Positions 51,082-60,949 are shown, counted from the first letter of the stretch. The stretch: DNA of 64,000 nucleotides from Vicinamibacterales bacterium (GCA_035937795.1 DASZHO010000051.1:35290-99289); one strand, 5' to 3'. Program-made: numbers and translations. The notes: generated by a model not told the origin, from the letters alone.

Positions 51082-51840
51082 TTACGTCGCCGCGAAGGGC
51101 TCGGTCATGAGGTGACTGGCCGCCCTCTCTTCGCGATTCGGCGATCGGCGCGGCGAAGAGTAGCGGTCACCGGTGGTGACGTCACCGTTTTCGAGCAGTT
51201 GCTTGAAGCGGCGCAGATCCTGGTCGATCTCCTGCTGCGCGTCGTCCCCGAGCAACCAGGCCACGCTCGCGCCGACTTTTCCGGCCGGCGGGTCGTATTG
51301 CAGCTTCACGCGAACCTCGGTGCCGTGGCCGCCGCCCGCCGGTTTGAACCACACAGACCCGGCGCTGACGACCTCTGAACCGGGCAAAGTGCGCCAGGAA
51401 ATCAGCTCCGGCGGAACGTCTCTGATGATTTCGGCTTCCCACGAAACGGTCGAGCCGAGCGGCCCCTTCGCCGTCCACAGTGAGCGGTTAGCGCCGAGAT
51501 CCTGCACCTCCACGAGGTGAGACATGAACCTTGGCAGGTGCTCGAATTGGCGCCAGTAGGAATGGATTTCCTGCGCCGGGCGATAGATCGTCACCGTGCT
51601 CTGCACGATCACGCCGCGCGATCTACCGAGCGCCAGGCGCGTGTCGCGCGAGGCGGTGTTGCGCCCCATGAGCTCGTTGACGGGGCAGAAGCCCGAGACG
51701 CCCCGGCCGATCAGGCCGAGGCCGGCCAGCCCGAGCAAGCTACTCTGGCGCTTGTAACCAGCCACCGCGAGCGCCGCACCGGCAACGGTAGACACCCATT
51801 TCTCGGTCGCAGAGATATTGGGTTTGTACATGTTGTTCAT
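51082..51840 (-). CDS. DUF2892 (YgaP-like membrane) domain fused to an SRPBCC/polyketide-cyclase-like domain
   Basis: The N-terminus EKWVSTVAGAALAVAGYKRQS..LGLAGLGLIGRGVSGFCPVNELMG is typical of DUF2892. It is followed by an SRPBCC-type segment (VTIYRPAQEIHSYWRQFEHLPRFMSHL). Confidence 0.6.
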   Translation of the reverse strand: MNNMYKPNISATEKWVSTVAGAALAVAGYKRQSSLLGLAGLGLIGRGVSGFCPVNELMGRNTASRDTRLALGRSRGVIVQSTVTIYRPAQEIHSYWRQFEHLPRFMSHLVEVQDLGANRSLWTAKGPLGSTVSWEAEIIRDVPPELISWRTLPGSEVVSAGSVWFKPAGGGHGTEVRVKLQYDPPAGKVGASVAWLLGDDAQQEIDQDLRRFKQLLENGDVTTGDRYSSPRRSPNREERAASHLMTEPFAAT

Positions 51841-51932
51841 GAGTGGCTCCGTTTACGATGCGATCGGCCAGTCGACCGGGTATTTAGGAGTAGGCTGCAT
51901 GGCGCGTGCCGGGGAGGTAGAAAATACGGACG

Positions 51933-52895
51933 ATGACGAATCTGCAGTGGACCGTGACAGCGGTAGATGCGGGGATGACGATCGACAAGTTTCTGGCGGC
52001 GGCCGGACGGCTTGGCTCACGGTCGCGAGCGGCGGCCGCGCGGCAGAGGGGAAAAGTTTTCGTGAACGGCGCAGAGGCGGGTCCTGCGCTGGCGGCGCTG
52101 CGATTGTCCGCGGGTGACACCGTGCGGGTGTGGGAGGACCGTCCGGGCAGCGCCCGGCGGCGCGCTTTTCCCTTCAAATCTGGCGAGCTGCAGATTCTCT
52201 ATGAGGATCCGTCCTTGATCGTGTTGAACAAGCCGGCGGGGCTGCTGGCGGTGCCGCTCGAGCGGCGCGGGGAAGAAACGTCGATTCTCGATCAGCTCCA
52301 AGCCCACCTGCGCTCGCACGGCAAGCGCAAGCCGCTGGTCGTTCACCGAATCGACCGCGACACCTCCGGCGTCGTGTTGTTCGCGAAAGACGGCCGCACG
52401 CAGGCCGCGCTGAAAGCGCAATTTCGCGAGCGCACGCCGGATCGCGTTTACCTCGCCGTCGTCTACGGCCACCCGAGACCGGAGGCGGGGACCTGGCGGG
52501 ACCATCTCGTATGGGACGCCAAGGCGTTGATTCAAAAGGAAACACATCCGCGCGATCCGCGGGCGGCGGAGGCAATCAGCGAGTACAAGGTGATGGAAAC
52601 GTTCGGAGCCACATCGCTCGTCGAGGTTCGGCTCAAGACGGGTAAACGCAATCAAATCAGAATTCAGGCGAGGCTCCGCGGCCACACGCTCGTAGGCGAG
52701 GTCCGTTACACCTATGGGCCGGACGAGCTGCGTCCGGTGGCGTTCAAGCGCCAGGCGCTCCACGCCTGGCGTCTGAGCTTCCGGCACCCGGCCGATAACC
52801 GCGTGATGAAATTCGAGGCGCCGATTCCGTCTGATTTGAAAAAACTGATCGCCGGGCTCAGATTAAGTAAGAAGGACGGAAGTAAGAAGGAGTGA
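51933..52895 (+). CDS. rluD: RluA-family pseudouridine synthase (RluD-like, with an S4 domain)
   Basis: S4-like N-terminus, the catalytic HRIDRDTSGVVLFAK motif and KTGKRNQIRIQA. The last 12 codons (LRLSKKDGSKKE) are encoded by a purine-rich repeat. Confidence 0.9.
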   Translation: MTNLQWTVTAVDAGMTIDKFLAAAGRLGSRSRAAAARQRGKVFVNGAEAGPALAALRLSAGDTVRVWEDRPGSARRRAFPFKSGELQILYEDPSLIVLNKPAGLLAVPLERRGEETSILDQLQAHLRSHGKRKPLVVHRIDRDTSGVVLFAKDGRTQAALKAQFRERTPDRVYLAVVYGHPRPEAGTWRDHLVWDAKALIQKETHPRDPRAAEAISEYKVMETFGATSLVEVRLKTGKRNQIRIQARLRGHTLVGEVRYTYGPDELRPVAFKRQALHAWRLSFRHPADNRVMKFEAPIPSDLKKLIAGLRLSKKDGSKKE

Positions 52896-52920
52896 AGTAA
52901 GAAGGAATGAAGGAGTGTGG
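52861..52920. repeat. Purine-rich tandem repeat, agtaagaagga x3 at 15-bp period (one C in 60 nt)
   Basis: Copies of agtaagaagga are at 52866-52876, 52881-52891 and 52896-52906. The repeat spans the rluD stop and the convergent MFS gene stop (52923). The related string aaggagtgaagg recurs at 54845-54856. Confidence 0.85.
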
Positions 52921-52922
52921 GG

Positions 52923-54272
52923 TCATTCTTGCTCGGGCGGCGTCATCAGCTGCGCCGCGCTCTGCAGACCGGTTGCCATCTGCGGCAGGATGCCCATCCG
53001 CACGTAAATCGGACGGACCACCGAGCGGATCTCGGGCAGTTCCTGCCTGAACCAGACGGCGGCAGCCGCACACAGGATCCCGCTCAGGAGGACGGTGTGC
53101 GGCGCGCCAATCCGCGCGGACAACGCGCCGGCCAGCAGGCTGCCGAAGGGGGCGGTGCCCAGAAAGCACATCGTGTAGAAGCTCATCACGCGTCCCCGCT
53201 TCTCATCGTCGACGATGGTCTGGATGACCGTGTTGCTCGAGGCCATCTGCACCATCATGCCAGAGCCGACGAACGTCATGAAGATGAGCGACAGCCACAG
53301 ATGGCGGGAAAACGAGAAGGCGACGAGCGCGAGGCTGAACGTCGTGGTCGCAATCAGGATGACGCGGCCCAGACCCACCACCGATTTTCGCCCGGCCAGC
53401 CACAGAGCTCCTGCCAGCGCTCCGCAACCGGAGGCGGTCATCAGAAAGCCCAGCGTATGCGGGCCGCCGTGCAGCACGTCGTTGGCGAATACCGGCATCA
53501 GCACCGCGTACGGCATGCCGAGCAGGCTCACCAGCGCCAGCAACGTCATCAGGGACCGGATCGGCCTGAATCCCGTCACGTAGCTCAGCCCTTCCTTGAA
53601 CTGGGTCAGCACCGTCGCGCTATGCGCCCGCCTGTGCGTCTTCCGGACGCCGCGCATCATCAGGAGCGCCACGATCACCGCGAAGTAGCTGAAACCGTCG
53701 ATCAGGAAACACCACCCTTCACCCGACCAGGCGATGACGAGGCCGGCGATTGACGGACCGATCAGCCGCGCGGCGTTGAACATCGACGAGTTGAGCGCAA
53801 TCGCGTTGGACAAATCCTCCTTGTCTTCGATCATTGTTACCAGGAACGCCTGACGGCCGGGCATGTCGAAGGCGTTCACGACGCCCTGAACAGCGTTCAG
53901 CAGAATGACGGCGGTCACGGTGATGTGTCCTGTCAACATCAGGCCGGCCAGGGCGAACGACTGCAACATCGAGATCACCTGCGTGCCGACCAGCAGCTTG
54001 TGGCGATCCCACCGGTCGACGTAGGCGCCGGCAAAGGGTCCCATGACAAATCCGGGAAACTGGCCGGCGAACCCAACCACGCCGAGCAGAAGCGCCGAGC
54101 CGGTGAGGCGATACACCAGCCAGCTCGTCGCCGTCATGGTCATCCAGCTGCCAATCAGCGAGACGATCTGACCTCCGAAGAACAAGCGGTAATTGCGGTA
54201 GGAAAGCGCCCGGAGCATGAAGGAAATACGGGAGGGCATCAGGGAGATTTTATAAGAGTTTTCAGGGCACAA
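52923..54272 (-). CDS. MFS transporter (EntS/MFS_3-like)
   Basis: About 12 TM helices, with the family-typical start LRALSYRNYRLFFGGQIVSLIGSWM. The TTG at 54272 has GAGGAG 6 nt upstream. Internal ATGs at 54239 and 54218 are alternative starts. Confidence 0.85.
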   Translation of the reverse strand: MCPENSYKISLMPSRISFMLRALSYRNYRLFFGGQIVSLIGSWMTMTATSWLVYRLTGSALLLGVVGFAGQFPGFVMGPFAGAYVDRWDRHKLLVGTQVISMLQSFALAGLMLTGHITVTAVILLNAVQGVVNAFDMPGRQAFLVTMIEDKEDLSNAIALNSSMFNAARLIGPSIAGLVIAWSGEGWCFLIDGFSYFAVIVALLMMRGVRKTHRRAHSATVLTQFKEGLSYVTGFRPIRSLMTLLALVSLLGMPYAVLMPVFANDVLHGGPHTLGFLMTASGCGALAGALWLAGRKSVVGLGRVILIATTTFSLALVAFSFSRHLWLSLIFMTFVGSGMMVQMASSNTVIQTIVDDEKRGRVMSFYTMCFLGTAPFGSLLAGALSARIGAPHTVLLSGILCAAAAVWFRQELPEIRSVVRPIYVRMGILPQMATGLQSAAQLMTPPEQE

Positions 54273-54324
54273 AGGGCACTCCTCTTGCAGCTCTCACCAC
54301 AACGAGGAAATCGGGAGGCAGAAA

Positions 54325-54840
54325 GTGCGCATTGCCATACACCCCCATTCATCCCACGAACACCCCCATCTGCATCAGGCTCATCTGCATCACCACGTGC
54401 TGTGGGGGATCTTGATGATTCTGGTGTTGCTGCTGCTGCTCTCGGCGCTCGTCACCGCAGACGCCACCGTCACAACGTCGGGCACGATCGCCGCCGCGCC
54501 GGACAGTTTCCTCGGCACCCAGGTGGCGTTGCCGAACGCCGAGGTTCGACACGCAAAGAGCGTGGGCGTGTTCACCCTGGCCGAAAACGAACTCTCCTTC
54601 AACTCGGACATCGCGGTTATCGTTCCGACCCCGGCGCTGGACGCTGTTGAGGAAAACGAGCTGGTGTCGGTCGAGGGCACGGTCCGGCTTTACAACGTGG
54701 CCGAATTCGAGCGGGATTACCTCTGGTACCGGGAGGCCGACTTCAAGGCCGATGAAAATCTGCTGTTGAACCGGCCGGTCATCGTGGCCAGCTCGGTTCT
54801 GACGGCGGAAGGGGCGGAACTGGTGGCCCCGGGAAAGTAA
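54325..54840 (+). CDS. Single-pass membrane protein with a His-rich cytoplasmic N-terminus
   Basis: GTG start preceded by GGGAGG. The N-terminus MRIAIHPHSSHEHPHLHQAHLHHHV has 10 His in 25 aa. A TM helix (LWGILMILVLLLLLSALV) follows, then an about 125-aa extracytoplasmic domain of unknown family. Confidence 0.45.
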   Translation: MRIAIHPHSSHEHPHLHQAHLHHHVLWGILMILVLLLLLSALVTADATVTTSGTIAAAPDSFLGTQVALPNAEVRHAKSVGVFTLAENELSFNSDIAVIVPTPALDAVEENELVSVEGTVRLYNVAEFERDYLWYREADFKADENLLLNRPVIVASSVLTAEGAELVAPGK

Positions 54841-54855
54841 AATAAGGAGTGAAGG

Positions 54856-55980
54856 TCACTTGATGACGCTTTGCAGGTATTTCAGCACTTCCTGTTCGCC
54901 GACGAGGGCGGCGTAGCCGGCGGCGCTTCTCCCCTCCTTGTCGTGCGCCATCGGGTCGGCACCTTTCGCCACAAGCAGTTTCACCGTCTCCAGCAGTCCG
55001 CGAACCGACGCGCCCATCAGGGCTGTACGGCCCAGCTTATCGACTGCGTTGACGTCGACGGCGCGGTCGATCAACAGCTGCATGGTTTCGGCGCTGCCGC
55101 TGAAGGCAGCCGCCAGCAAGGGAGTGAGACCGTCGGCATTAGCGGCGGTCACGTCGATTCCCTTCGATACCAGCATCTTCATGGTGCCTGCACAACCGCC
55201 CATGGCGGCGGCGATGGGAGCCGTATGGCCACCCTCGTCTCTTGCGTTCAACTCGACACCTCGGGCGAGGAAGAGCTGAACGATGTCGTCGTGGCATTTG
55301 GAGGCGGCGACCAGGTAGCCGGCCGCCATTCCCTTTTTCGCGCCGCCCTCGAGCAGCGCGTTCGCCGCATCGATGTTGCCTGCCGCCGCCGCGTAGACCA
55401 GCGGTGTCCCGCCCTGTGCGTCGGCGGCCTCGACGTCCGCGCCCTTCGCCATCAACGCCCGCAGCGGCGCGGCAAAACCCTGGATTGCGGCCGCCATCAA
55501 GGCGGTCCGCCCCAGCCGGTCTTTCGCGGCGAGATTGGCCCCGCGCGCCAGGAGCAACTCCACCGAATCGGCGTAGCCGCCAAAGGCCGCGCTCATCAGC
55601 GCCGTGGATCCAACCGAATTTGCCGCATTCACGTCCGCGCCGGCATCGAGCAGCGCGCGCACCGCGTCCGCGCGGCCCGTCGACGCGGCCGCCATCAGCG
55701 CGGTCATGCCGTCCTTGTCGGCGGCGCGCACGCTGGCGCCTTTTGCGATGAGTAACTGCAACACGGGCGTGTGCCCTTCGGCCGCTGCCATCATCAGCGG
55801 CGACACACCCTCCACGTCCCGCGCATTCACCGCCGCGCCGGCATCGAGCAGCACCTGGACCGCGGCAAGGTTTCCCTGCGCCGCGGCGTAGGTCAAGGCG
55901 GTTCGTTCGCTCCGATCGGTCTCATCGACCTTGGTCCCTGAACCGAGGAGAGATTGCAACCGCACCGCATCGCCCCGCAT
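54856..55980 (-). CDS. Ankyrin-repeat protein (about 11 repeats); probably extends to a CTG start at 56076 that adds a signal peptide
   Basis: The canonical repeats G.TALM.AA..G......LL..GA.VNA run throughout. The frame stays open 96 nt upstream of the ATG and encodes (L)TPARSLTPCLLLALALPLHAQDLQSQLAEAA. Confidence 0.8.
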   Translation of the reverse strand: MRGDAVRLQSLLGSGTKVDETDRSERTALTYAAAQGNLAAVQVLLDAGAAVNARDVEGVSPLMMAAAEGHTPVLQLLIAKGASVRAADKDGMTALMAAASTGRADAVRALLDAGADVNAANSVGSTALMSAAFGGYADSVELLLARGANLAAKDRLGRTALMAAAIQGFAAPLRALMAKGADVEAADAQGGTPLVYAAAAGNIDAANALLEGGAKKGMAAGYLVAASKCHDDIVQLFLARGVELNARDEGGHTAPIAAAMGGCAGTMKMLVSKGIDVTAANADGLTPLLAAAFSGSAETMQLLIDRAVDVNAVDKLGRTALMGASVRGLLETVKLLVAKGADPMAHDKEGRSAAGYAALVGEQEVLKYLQSVIK

Positions 55981-56072
55981 GGCGGCCTCGGCGAGCTGAC
56001 TTTGCAGGTCTTGCGCGTGAAGAGGCAGCGCCAGCGCCAGCAGCAGACACGGGGTCAGAGACCGCGCCGGGG

Positions 56073-56456
56073 TCAGTGCACTTCCCCTTCGCCTTCAGGG
56101 CACTGAATCTCCACAAATCGCAGCCACGCGGCAATTTCACGCGGGGAGGGCAGGTCGGCAACGTTGGCGGAAGAGGTGATCCAGTGAAGCTCGCCCCACC
56201 GGTCGGCGACCGCGCAACCGGGCAGCGGCATCCCCTCGACCGGATTGGTGGTGACGACCACGACCGCGTCATGGACGGCGAGCGCCGGGAGCGCCTCGCG
56301 CAATTGCTGGATGTAGACCCGGGCGTCAGCCGAGTTCTCCTCGGCAAGGCACACGAGCGCGAGGTTTTTTTTCTGCCACACGTCCGCGTAGTTCACCCGG
56401 ATATCGTCGACGGTGACGATTTCAAAATGGGGAACGCGGTCGCCCTGAAGGAGCAT
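56073..56456 (-). CDS. Hypothetical protein, possibly thioredoxin-like fold without a CxxC
   Basis: 127-aa ORF between guaB and the ankyrin gene on the same strand. VPHFEIVTVDD..VNYADVWQKKNLALVCL resembles the N-terminal strand-helix of AhpC/TSA-like proteins, but no redox Cys pair is present. Confidence 0.35.
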   Translation of the reverse strand: MLLQGDRVPHFEIVTVDDIRVNYADVWQKKNLALVCLAEENSADARVYIQQLREALPALAVHDAVVVVTTNPVEGMPLPGCAVADRWGELHWITSSANVADLPSPREIAAWLRFVEIQCPEGEGEVH

Positions 56457-56468
56457 TCGAAAAACTTA

Positions 56469-56496
56469 CCACAGAGAACACAGCGGAGCACAGACC
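56469..56496. repeat. Short CACAG-containing repeat in the guaB-downstream spacer
   Basis: The sequence ccacagagaacacagcggagcacagacc contains cacag three times at 9-10 nt spacing, within a 50-bp intergenic gap. Confidence 0.5.
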
Positions 56497-56506
56497 TTTT
56501 GACGCT

Positions 56507-57991
56507 TTACCGCTCGAATGACTCGCGGCGGCCGGAGGCCGACAGCTTGATGATGTACTGCTCGGGATGATCCCAGAACAATTTTCTCAGCTCGCCGAGG
56601 CTGCTCGCCCCGCCGTAGCTGATCGACGAGCAGAGATGCTTCAGCATGCCGGCAATTACCGGCCGCACCGACCCGCGCAGGGGCACGCTCACCTCGAGAC
56701 CCTCGGCGCCGAGCGTATCCACGTCGATCGCATCGGAGTCCTCGACGTCGAGCCGATCCACCATCGCGCCGATCGACGCCATCCCCCTGAATACCTTGAA
56801 CGGCACGCGCACCACTTTCTGCGACTCGGGCAGCACGACGGATTTGTGAACCGTCTCGCCTGGCGTCTCCGTGGTGCCGGCAAACGCATTGCCCAGCATC
56901 ACCGTGTCGCCACCGAAGAGCAGCGCCTCGATGATGCCGCCGTCGCGGCGAATCCCGCCGTCGGCAATCAGCGGAACCCTGTCACCAACGGCCATCTGGC
57001 ATTCGACGAGCGCCTGAAGCTGCGGCACGCCGAAGTTCGTGTTCAAACGGGTCGTGCACCCGCCGCCGGGCCCGATCCCCACTTTGATGCCGTTGACGCC
57101 GCGCTCCGCGAGATACCTCGCACCCTCGGCCGTGGCCACATTGCCGGCAATCATTTCGAAATCACCGAGCTTCGCACGGAACGCTTCGACGGCCTTCGCC
57201 ATCACCACCGAATGGCCGTGGGCGATATCGATGACGAGCACGTCGACGCCCGCGCGGATGAGCTCCGCGGCGCGCTCGAGGAAATCGCCTTTGGCGCCGA
57301 TCGCGGCGCCGACTCGAAGGCGACCCTGCGCGTCGCGCGACGCAAACGGCAAACGCTTCTGATGAACGATATCCCGGGAGGTGATCAGCCCTGTCAGCAC
57401 GCCGTTCGGGCCCACCAGCGGCAGCTTCTTGATTTTTCGCTTCGCCATCACCCGCTCGGCCTCGTCGAGTGAGATGTCGCCTTCGTGCAGCACGAGCTTG
57501 TCGAGCGGCGTCATCCGCTCGCCCACCTGCTGCTGGCCGCCCACGAAGCGGGCGTCGCGCGTGGTGAGCAACCCTCTCAGCTTTCGATCGCCATCCACGA
57601 CCACAAGCGTTCCCACACCCGAGCGCTCCATGGTCTCGGTCGCCTCGCGCAGGCTGGCCGTCGCACCGATCGTGTAGGGGTCCGGAATGACGCCGTGCTG
57701 GGTGCGCTTGACGACCTCGACTTCGCGCACCTGTGCGGCAATGTCGCCGCCGCGGAAGCCGCGGTCGATGATGCCAATCCCGCCCTCTTCGGCCTGGACG
57801 ATGGCCATGGCGGCGCGGGTAATCGTATCCATGTTGGCGGACACGATCGGGTGTTTCAGCGTGAGATGCTCCGACAGACGCGACGACAGATCGATGGTCC
57901 TGGGATCGCGCCGCTCGAGCACGCCGAAATGCGGCGAGAAGAGAAAGTCGTCGAACGTACAGCCATGGACCTCGGCCAGCAGATCGGTCAT
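56507..57991 (-). CDS. guaB: IMP dehydrogenase family protein with a CBS pair
   Basis: The motifs are FDDFLFSP...VSANMDTIT, an inserted CBS pair, DIAHGHS, GNVAT, the catalytic loop [18 protein letters not shown] and GMAS. The loop differs slightly from the classical GSICTTR. Confidence 0.8.
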   Translation of the reverse strand: MTDLLAEVHGCTFDDFLFSPHFGVLERRDPRTIDLSSRLSEHLTLKHPIVSANMDTITRAAMAIVQAEEGGIGIIDRGFRGGDIAAQVREVEVVKRTQHGVIPDPYTIGATASLREATETMERSGVGTLVVVDGDRKLRGLLTTRDARFVGGQQQVGERMTPLDKLVLHEGDISLDEAERVMAKRKIKKLPLVGPNGVLTGLITSRDIVHQKRLPFASRDAQGRLRVGAAIGAKGDFLERAAELIRAGVDVLVIDIAHGHSVVMAKAVEAFRAKLGDFEMIAGNVATAEGARYLAERGVNGIKVGIGPGGGCTTRLNTNFGVPQLQALVECQMAVGDRVPLIADGGIRRDGGIIEALLFGGDTVMLGNAFAGTTETPGETVHKSVVLPESQKVVRVPFKVFRGMASIGAMVDRLDVEDSDAIDVDTLGAEGLEVSVPLRGSVRPVIAGMLKHLCSSISYGGASSLGELRKLFWDHPEQYIIKLSASGRRESFER

Positions 57992-58023
57992 TGCGACATC
58001 ATATCCAAATAGACCTAACGAGT

Positions 58024-59592
58024 ATGATTACCTCAGTGACCACCCGCCGGGTTTTCCATGCCGTGTACGCGCTGCTGGGCCTGTTCCTCGCATCGTTGTT
58101 GAGCGGGTTGAGCGGGTTGAGCGGGTTGAGCGGCGTAGTGTCGGGACAGGCGCCCGGTTCCGGTGGGTCCGTGACCGTGCTCTCCCGCGACGGCCGGCGT
58201 CCGCTGCCGGCCGTGGAAGTGCAGGGCCACAGCATGGTGGGGCTGGACGACCTCGCCAACCTGTTTCAGCTCACCATCCGTGAAGATGCCGCTCCGCGCG
58301 CGGTCACTGTGACCTACAAAGATCGGACGATCGTGTTGACGCCCGATCAGGCGCTGGCGTCGATGTCGGGGCGCCTCGTCTCGCTGCCGGCGCCGCTGAC
58401 GCGGCAGGGCCGCCGCTGGCTGGTACCGGTGGAATTCGCCGGCGTTGCGTTGCCGCTCATCTACGACACGAAGCTTGACTACCGCCCGGACTCGCGGCTG
58501 CTGATCGTGGGCGATATGCGGGTGCCTCACGTCGTGGCGCTGTACGACGACACCGGCAACATTCTGCGAGTCACGCTGGGCATCACACCAAAGGCGATGA
58601 CCAGCATCGTTCAGGATCAGAACCGGCTGCTGGTACGAATCGACGCCGATGCGCTCGATCCTGCGCTGCTGCCGCCGCCCCAGCAGAATTTCCTGACCGG
58701 CATTCGAGCCACCGAGCCGAACACGATCCAGATGGATCTCGGCTCGCGCTTTGCGTCGTACCGCTCGTCGACACCGATTTCCACTGGCGCCGCGGCGCAG
58801 CTGACGATCGATCTGCTGCCGGCGGCGGGAGAGTCCACGTCTGCAGGCCCAGCACCGGCGCCGCCCGAGCCGAACGCGTCGAACCTTCCGGTGTTCGGCG
58901 GCGCACGATCGTCGATTCGCACCATCGTGCTCGATCCGGGGCACGGCGGCGACGATAGCGGGGTGAAGGGCACGGCCGGCATCCTGGAGAAGGACGTGGC
59001 GCTGGCGGTGGCCAGGCGCGCGAAAAGCGTGATCGAGGGCCGGCTCGGCATTCGAGTACTGTTGACGCGCGATGAAGACACCAAACCCGATGCCGACACG
59101 CGCGCCGCGGTTGCGAACAACAACAAGGCCGATCTGTTCATCAGTCTGCACGCGAACGGGTCGCCTCGCGAGTCGGCCCAAGGCGCGCTGATTTACTACC
59201 TGAATCTCGATCATTCAGGCGAAGAAGCGCGGCGGCAATCGCAGGCCGACCGCGAGGTGCTCTCGATATACGGCGGCGGCAGCCGGGAATTCGCGCTCCT
59301 GGACTGGGAGCTGGCGCAGGCGGCGCACGTTCAGGAATCCGCGGCGTTTGCGGGCCTCATCGAACAGAAGATGCGCGCCATGGCCAACGTGTCGGCGGTG
59401 AGCGTGCAGAAAGCACCGATGCGCGGGCTCACCGCCGCCAACATGCCGGCGGTGCTCATCGAAATGGGCTACCTGTCGAACCCGGCCGAGGAGAAAACGC
59501 TCTCGTCGGCGGAATTTCAGAGCGGTGTGGCGCAAGCCATCGCGGAAGCCGTGATCGCCTTTCGGGACTATCTCGAACAAGCGCCAAGGTGA
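58024..59592 (+). CDS. N-acetylmuramoyl-L-alanine amidase (Amidase_3, AmiC-like) with an AMIN-type N-terminal domain
   Basis: The start is set at MITSVTTRRVFHAVYALLGLFLASLL. The catalytic-domain motifs are VLDPGHGGDDSGVKG, ISLHANG and EMGYLSNP. Confidence 0.85.
   Translation: MITSVTTRRVFHAVYALLGLFLASLLSGLSGLSGLSGVVSGQAPGSGGSVTVLSRDGRRPLPAVEVQGHSMVGLDDLANLFQLTIREDAAPRAVTVTYKDRTIVLTPDQALASMSGRLVSLPAPLTRQGRRWLVPVEFAGVALPLIYDTKLDYRPDSRLLIVGDMRVPHVVALYDDTGNILRVTLGITPKAMTSIVQDQNRLLVRIDADALDPALLPPPQQNFLTGIRATEPNTIQMDLGSRFASYRSSTPISTGAAAQLTIDLLPAAGESTSAGPAPAPPEPNASNLPVFGGARSSIRTIVLDPGHGGDDSGVKGTAGILEKDVALAVARRAKSVIEGRLGIRVLLTRDEDTKPDADTRAAVANNNKADLFISLHANGSPRESAQGALIYYLNLDHSGEEARRQSQADREVLSIYGGGSREFALLDWELAQAAHVQESAAFAGLIEQKMRAMANVSAVSVQKAPMRGLTAANMPAVLIEMGYLSNPAEEKTLSSAEFQSGVAQAIAEAVIAFRDYLEQAPR
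58099..58134 (+). repeat. 9-bp in-frame tandem repeat (ttgagcggg x3 plus ttgagcggc) encoding LSG x4
   Basis: It is seen directly in the sequence, lies just after the signal-peptide hydrophobic core of the amidase, and is translated as LSGLSGLSGLSG. Confidence 0.85.
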
Positions 59593-60179
59593 TGACCAAA
59601 CGACGCGACATCCTCGTGTACGCCGTGCTGGCGGGAGTTCTGGTCGCCGGCCTGATCGTCCTGTTTTTTGTGGGACCCCGATGGCTGAGCACGCCCGGTC
59701 CCGTCCAACCCGGAGCAGCGGCGGGCGCGGCGGAGGCCCGAAAGATTCGCGCGCGGCTCTTCTTTGTGGGTCCCGACGGGGAGCGTCTGTCGCCCGTGGA
59801 GCAGGAAGTGCCCCTCGGTGACGGCCCCGCCGAACAGGCCAGGCGTATCGTGGAAGCGGAGCTTTCCGCCCCGCCGACGACTTACGCGTCTCCGATTCCG
59901 GCCGGCACCAAACTGAAAACGATCTTTCTGACGCCGAAGGGCGAGGCGTACCTGGACCTGAGCCCCGAGGTACGCACGAATCATCCGGGCGGAACGACCA
60001 ATGAAGTTCTCACGGTTTACGCGCTCGTAAACGCGCTGACATGGAATCTTCCGGCGATCACCGGCGTGCAAATTCTCGTCGACGGGAAGGAAGTCGACAC
60101 GCTGGCCGGCCATCTCGATCTCCGCCGGCCACTCGAGCAGGATCTCACTTATGCGAATGGACAATCGAGCCCCCAATGA
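59589..60179 (+). CDS. GerMN-domain protein
   Basis: It overlaps the amidase stop (GTGATGA). It has an N-terminal TM anchor. The segments [18 protein letters not shown].........EL...P......IPAGTKL..IFL...GEAYLDLS fit the GerMN pattern, and the amidase-GerMN pairing is common. Confidence 0.6.
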   Translation: MMTKRRDILVYAVLAGVLVAGLIVLFFVGPRWLSTPGPVQPGAAAGAAEARKIRARLFFVGPDGERLSPVEQEVPLGDGPAEQARRIVEAELSAPPTTYASPIPAGTKLKTIFLTPKGEAYLDLSPEVRTNHPGGTTNEVLTVYALVNALTWNLPAITGVQILVDGKEVDTLAGHLDLRRPLEQDLTYANGQSSPQ

Positions 60180-60872
60180 GCTGCGCGCCACGCGCATCCA
60201 CCCGCAATTTCTCATCCATCCAGAGGGCTCGGTGCTCATGGAGTCGGGCCGCACGCGGGTGATCTGCACGGCCAGCGTGGAAGACCGCGTCCCTCCGTTT
60301 TTGCGGAACAGCGGCAAAGGCTGGGTCACCGCCGAGTACGGCATGCTGCCGCGGGCGACGTCCACACGCACGCAGCGCGAGGCGTCGACGGGAAAGGTCG
60401 GCGGGCGCACGCAGGAGATCCAGCGGCTCATCGGCCGATCGCTGCGGTCGGTGATGAAGCTCGAGTTGCTGGGCGAGCGCACGGTATGGCTGGATTGCGA
60501 TGTGATCCAGGCCGACGGGGGCACGCGCACGGCGTCGATCACCGGCGCGTTCGTGGCGCTCGTGCTGGCTCTTCACTATCTGCGGGAGAAGGATCTGTTG
60601 CAGACGATGCCGGTCGTCGAGTATGTCGCGGCCACCAGCGTGGGGATCGTCGACGGCGCGCGGCTGCTCGATCTGGCCTATGAAGAAGACTCGAAGGCGG
60701 AAGTCGACATGAACATCGTGATGACGGGCGCTGGGAAGTTTATCGAGGTGCAGGGAACGGCAGAGGCGGCCCCCTTCGGCCGGGACGCGCTGCTGGAAAT
60801 GCTGGACCTCGGGCAGGCCGGAATCCAGAAGCTGATTGCGCTGCAGAAAGAGGCGGTGGGGCACATACTGAA

Positions 60873-60876
<4 letters not shown>
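60151..60876 (+). CDS. rph: Ribonuclease PH
   Basis: [16 protein letters not shown]...[20 protein letters not shown]...[19 protein letters not shown]...[19 protein letters not shown] is the canonical Rph sequence. Confidence 0.95.
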
Positions 60877-60943
<67 letters not shown>

Positions 60944-60949
<6 letters not shown>

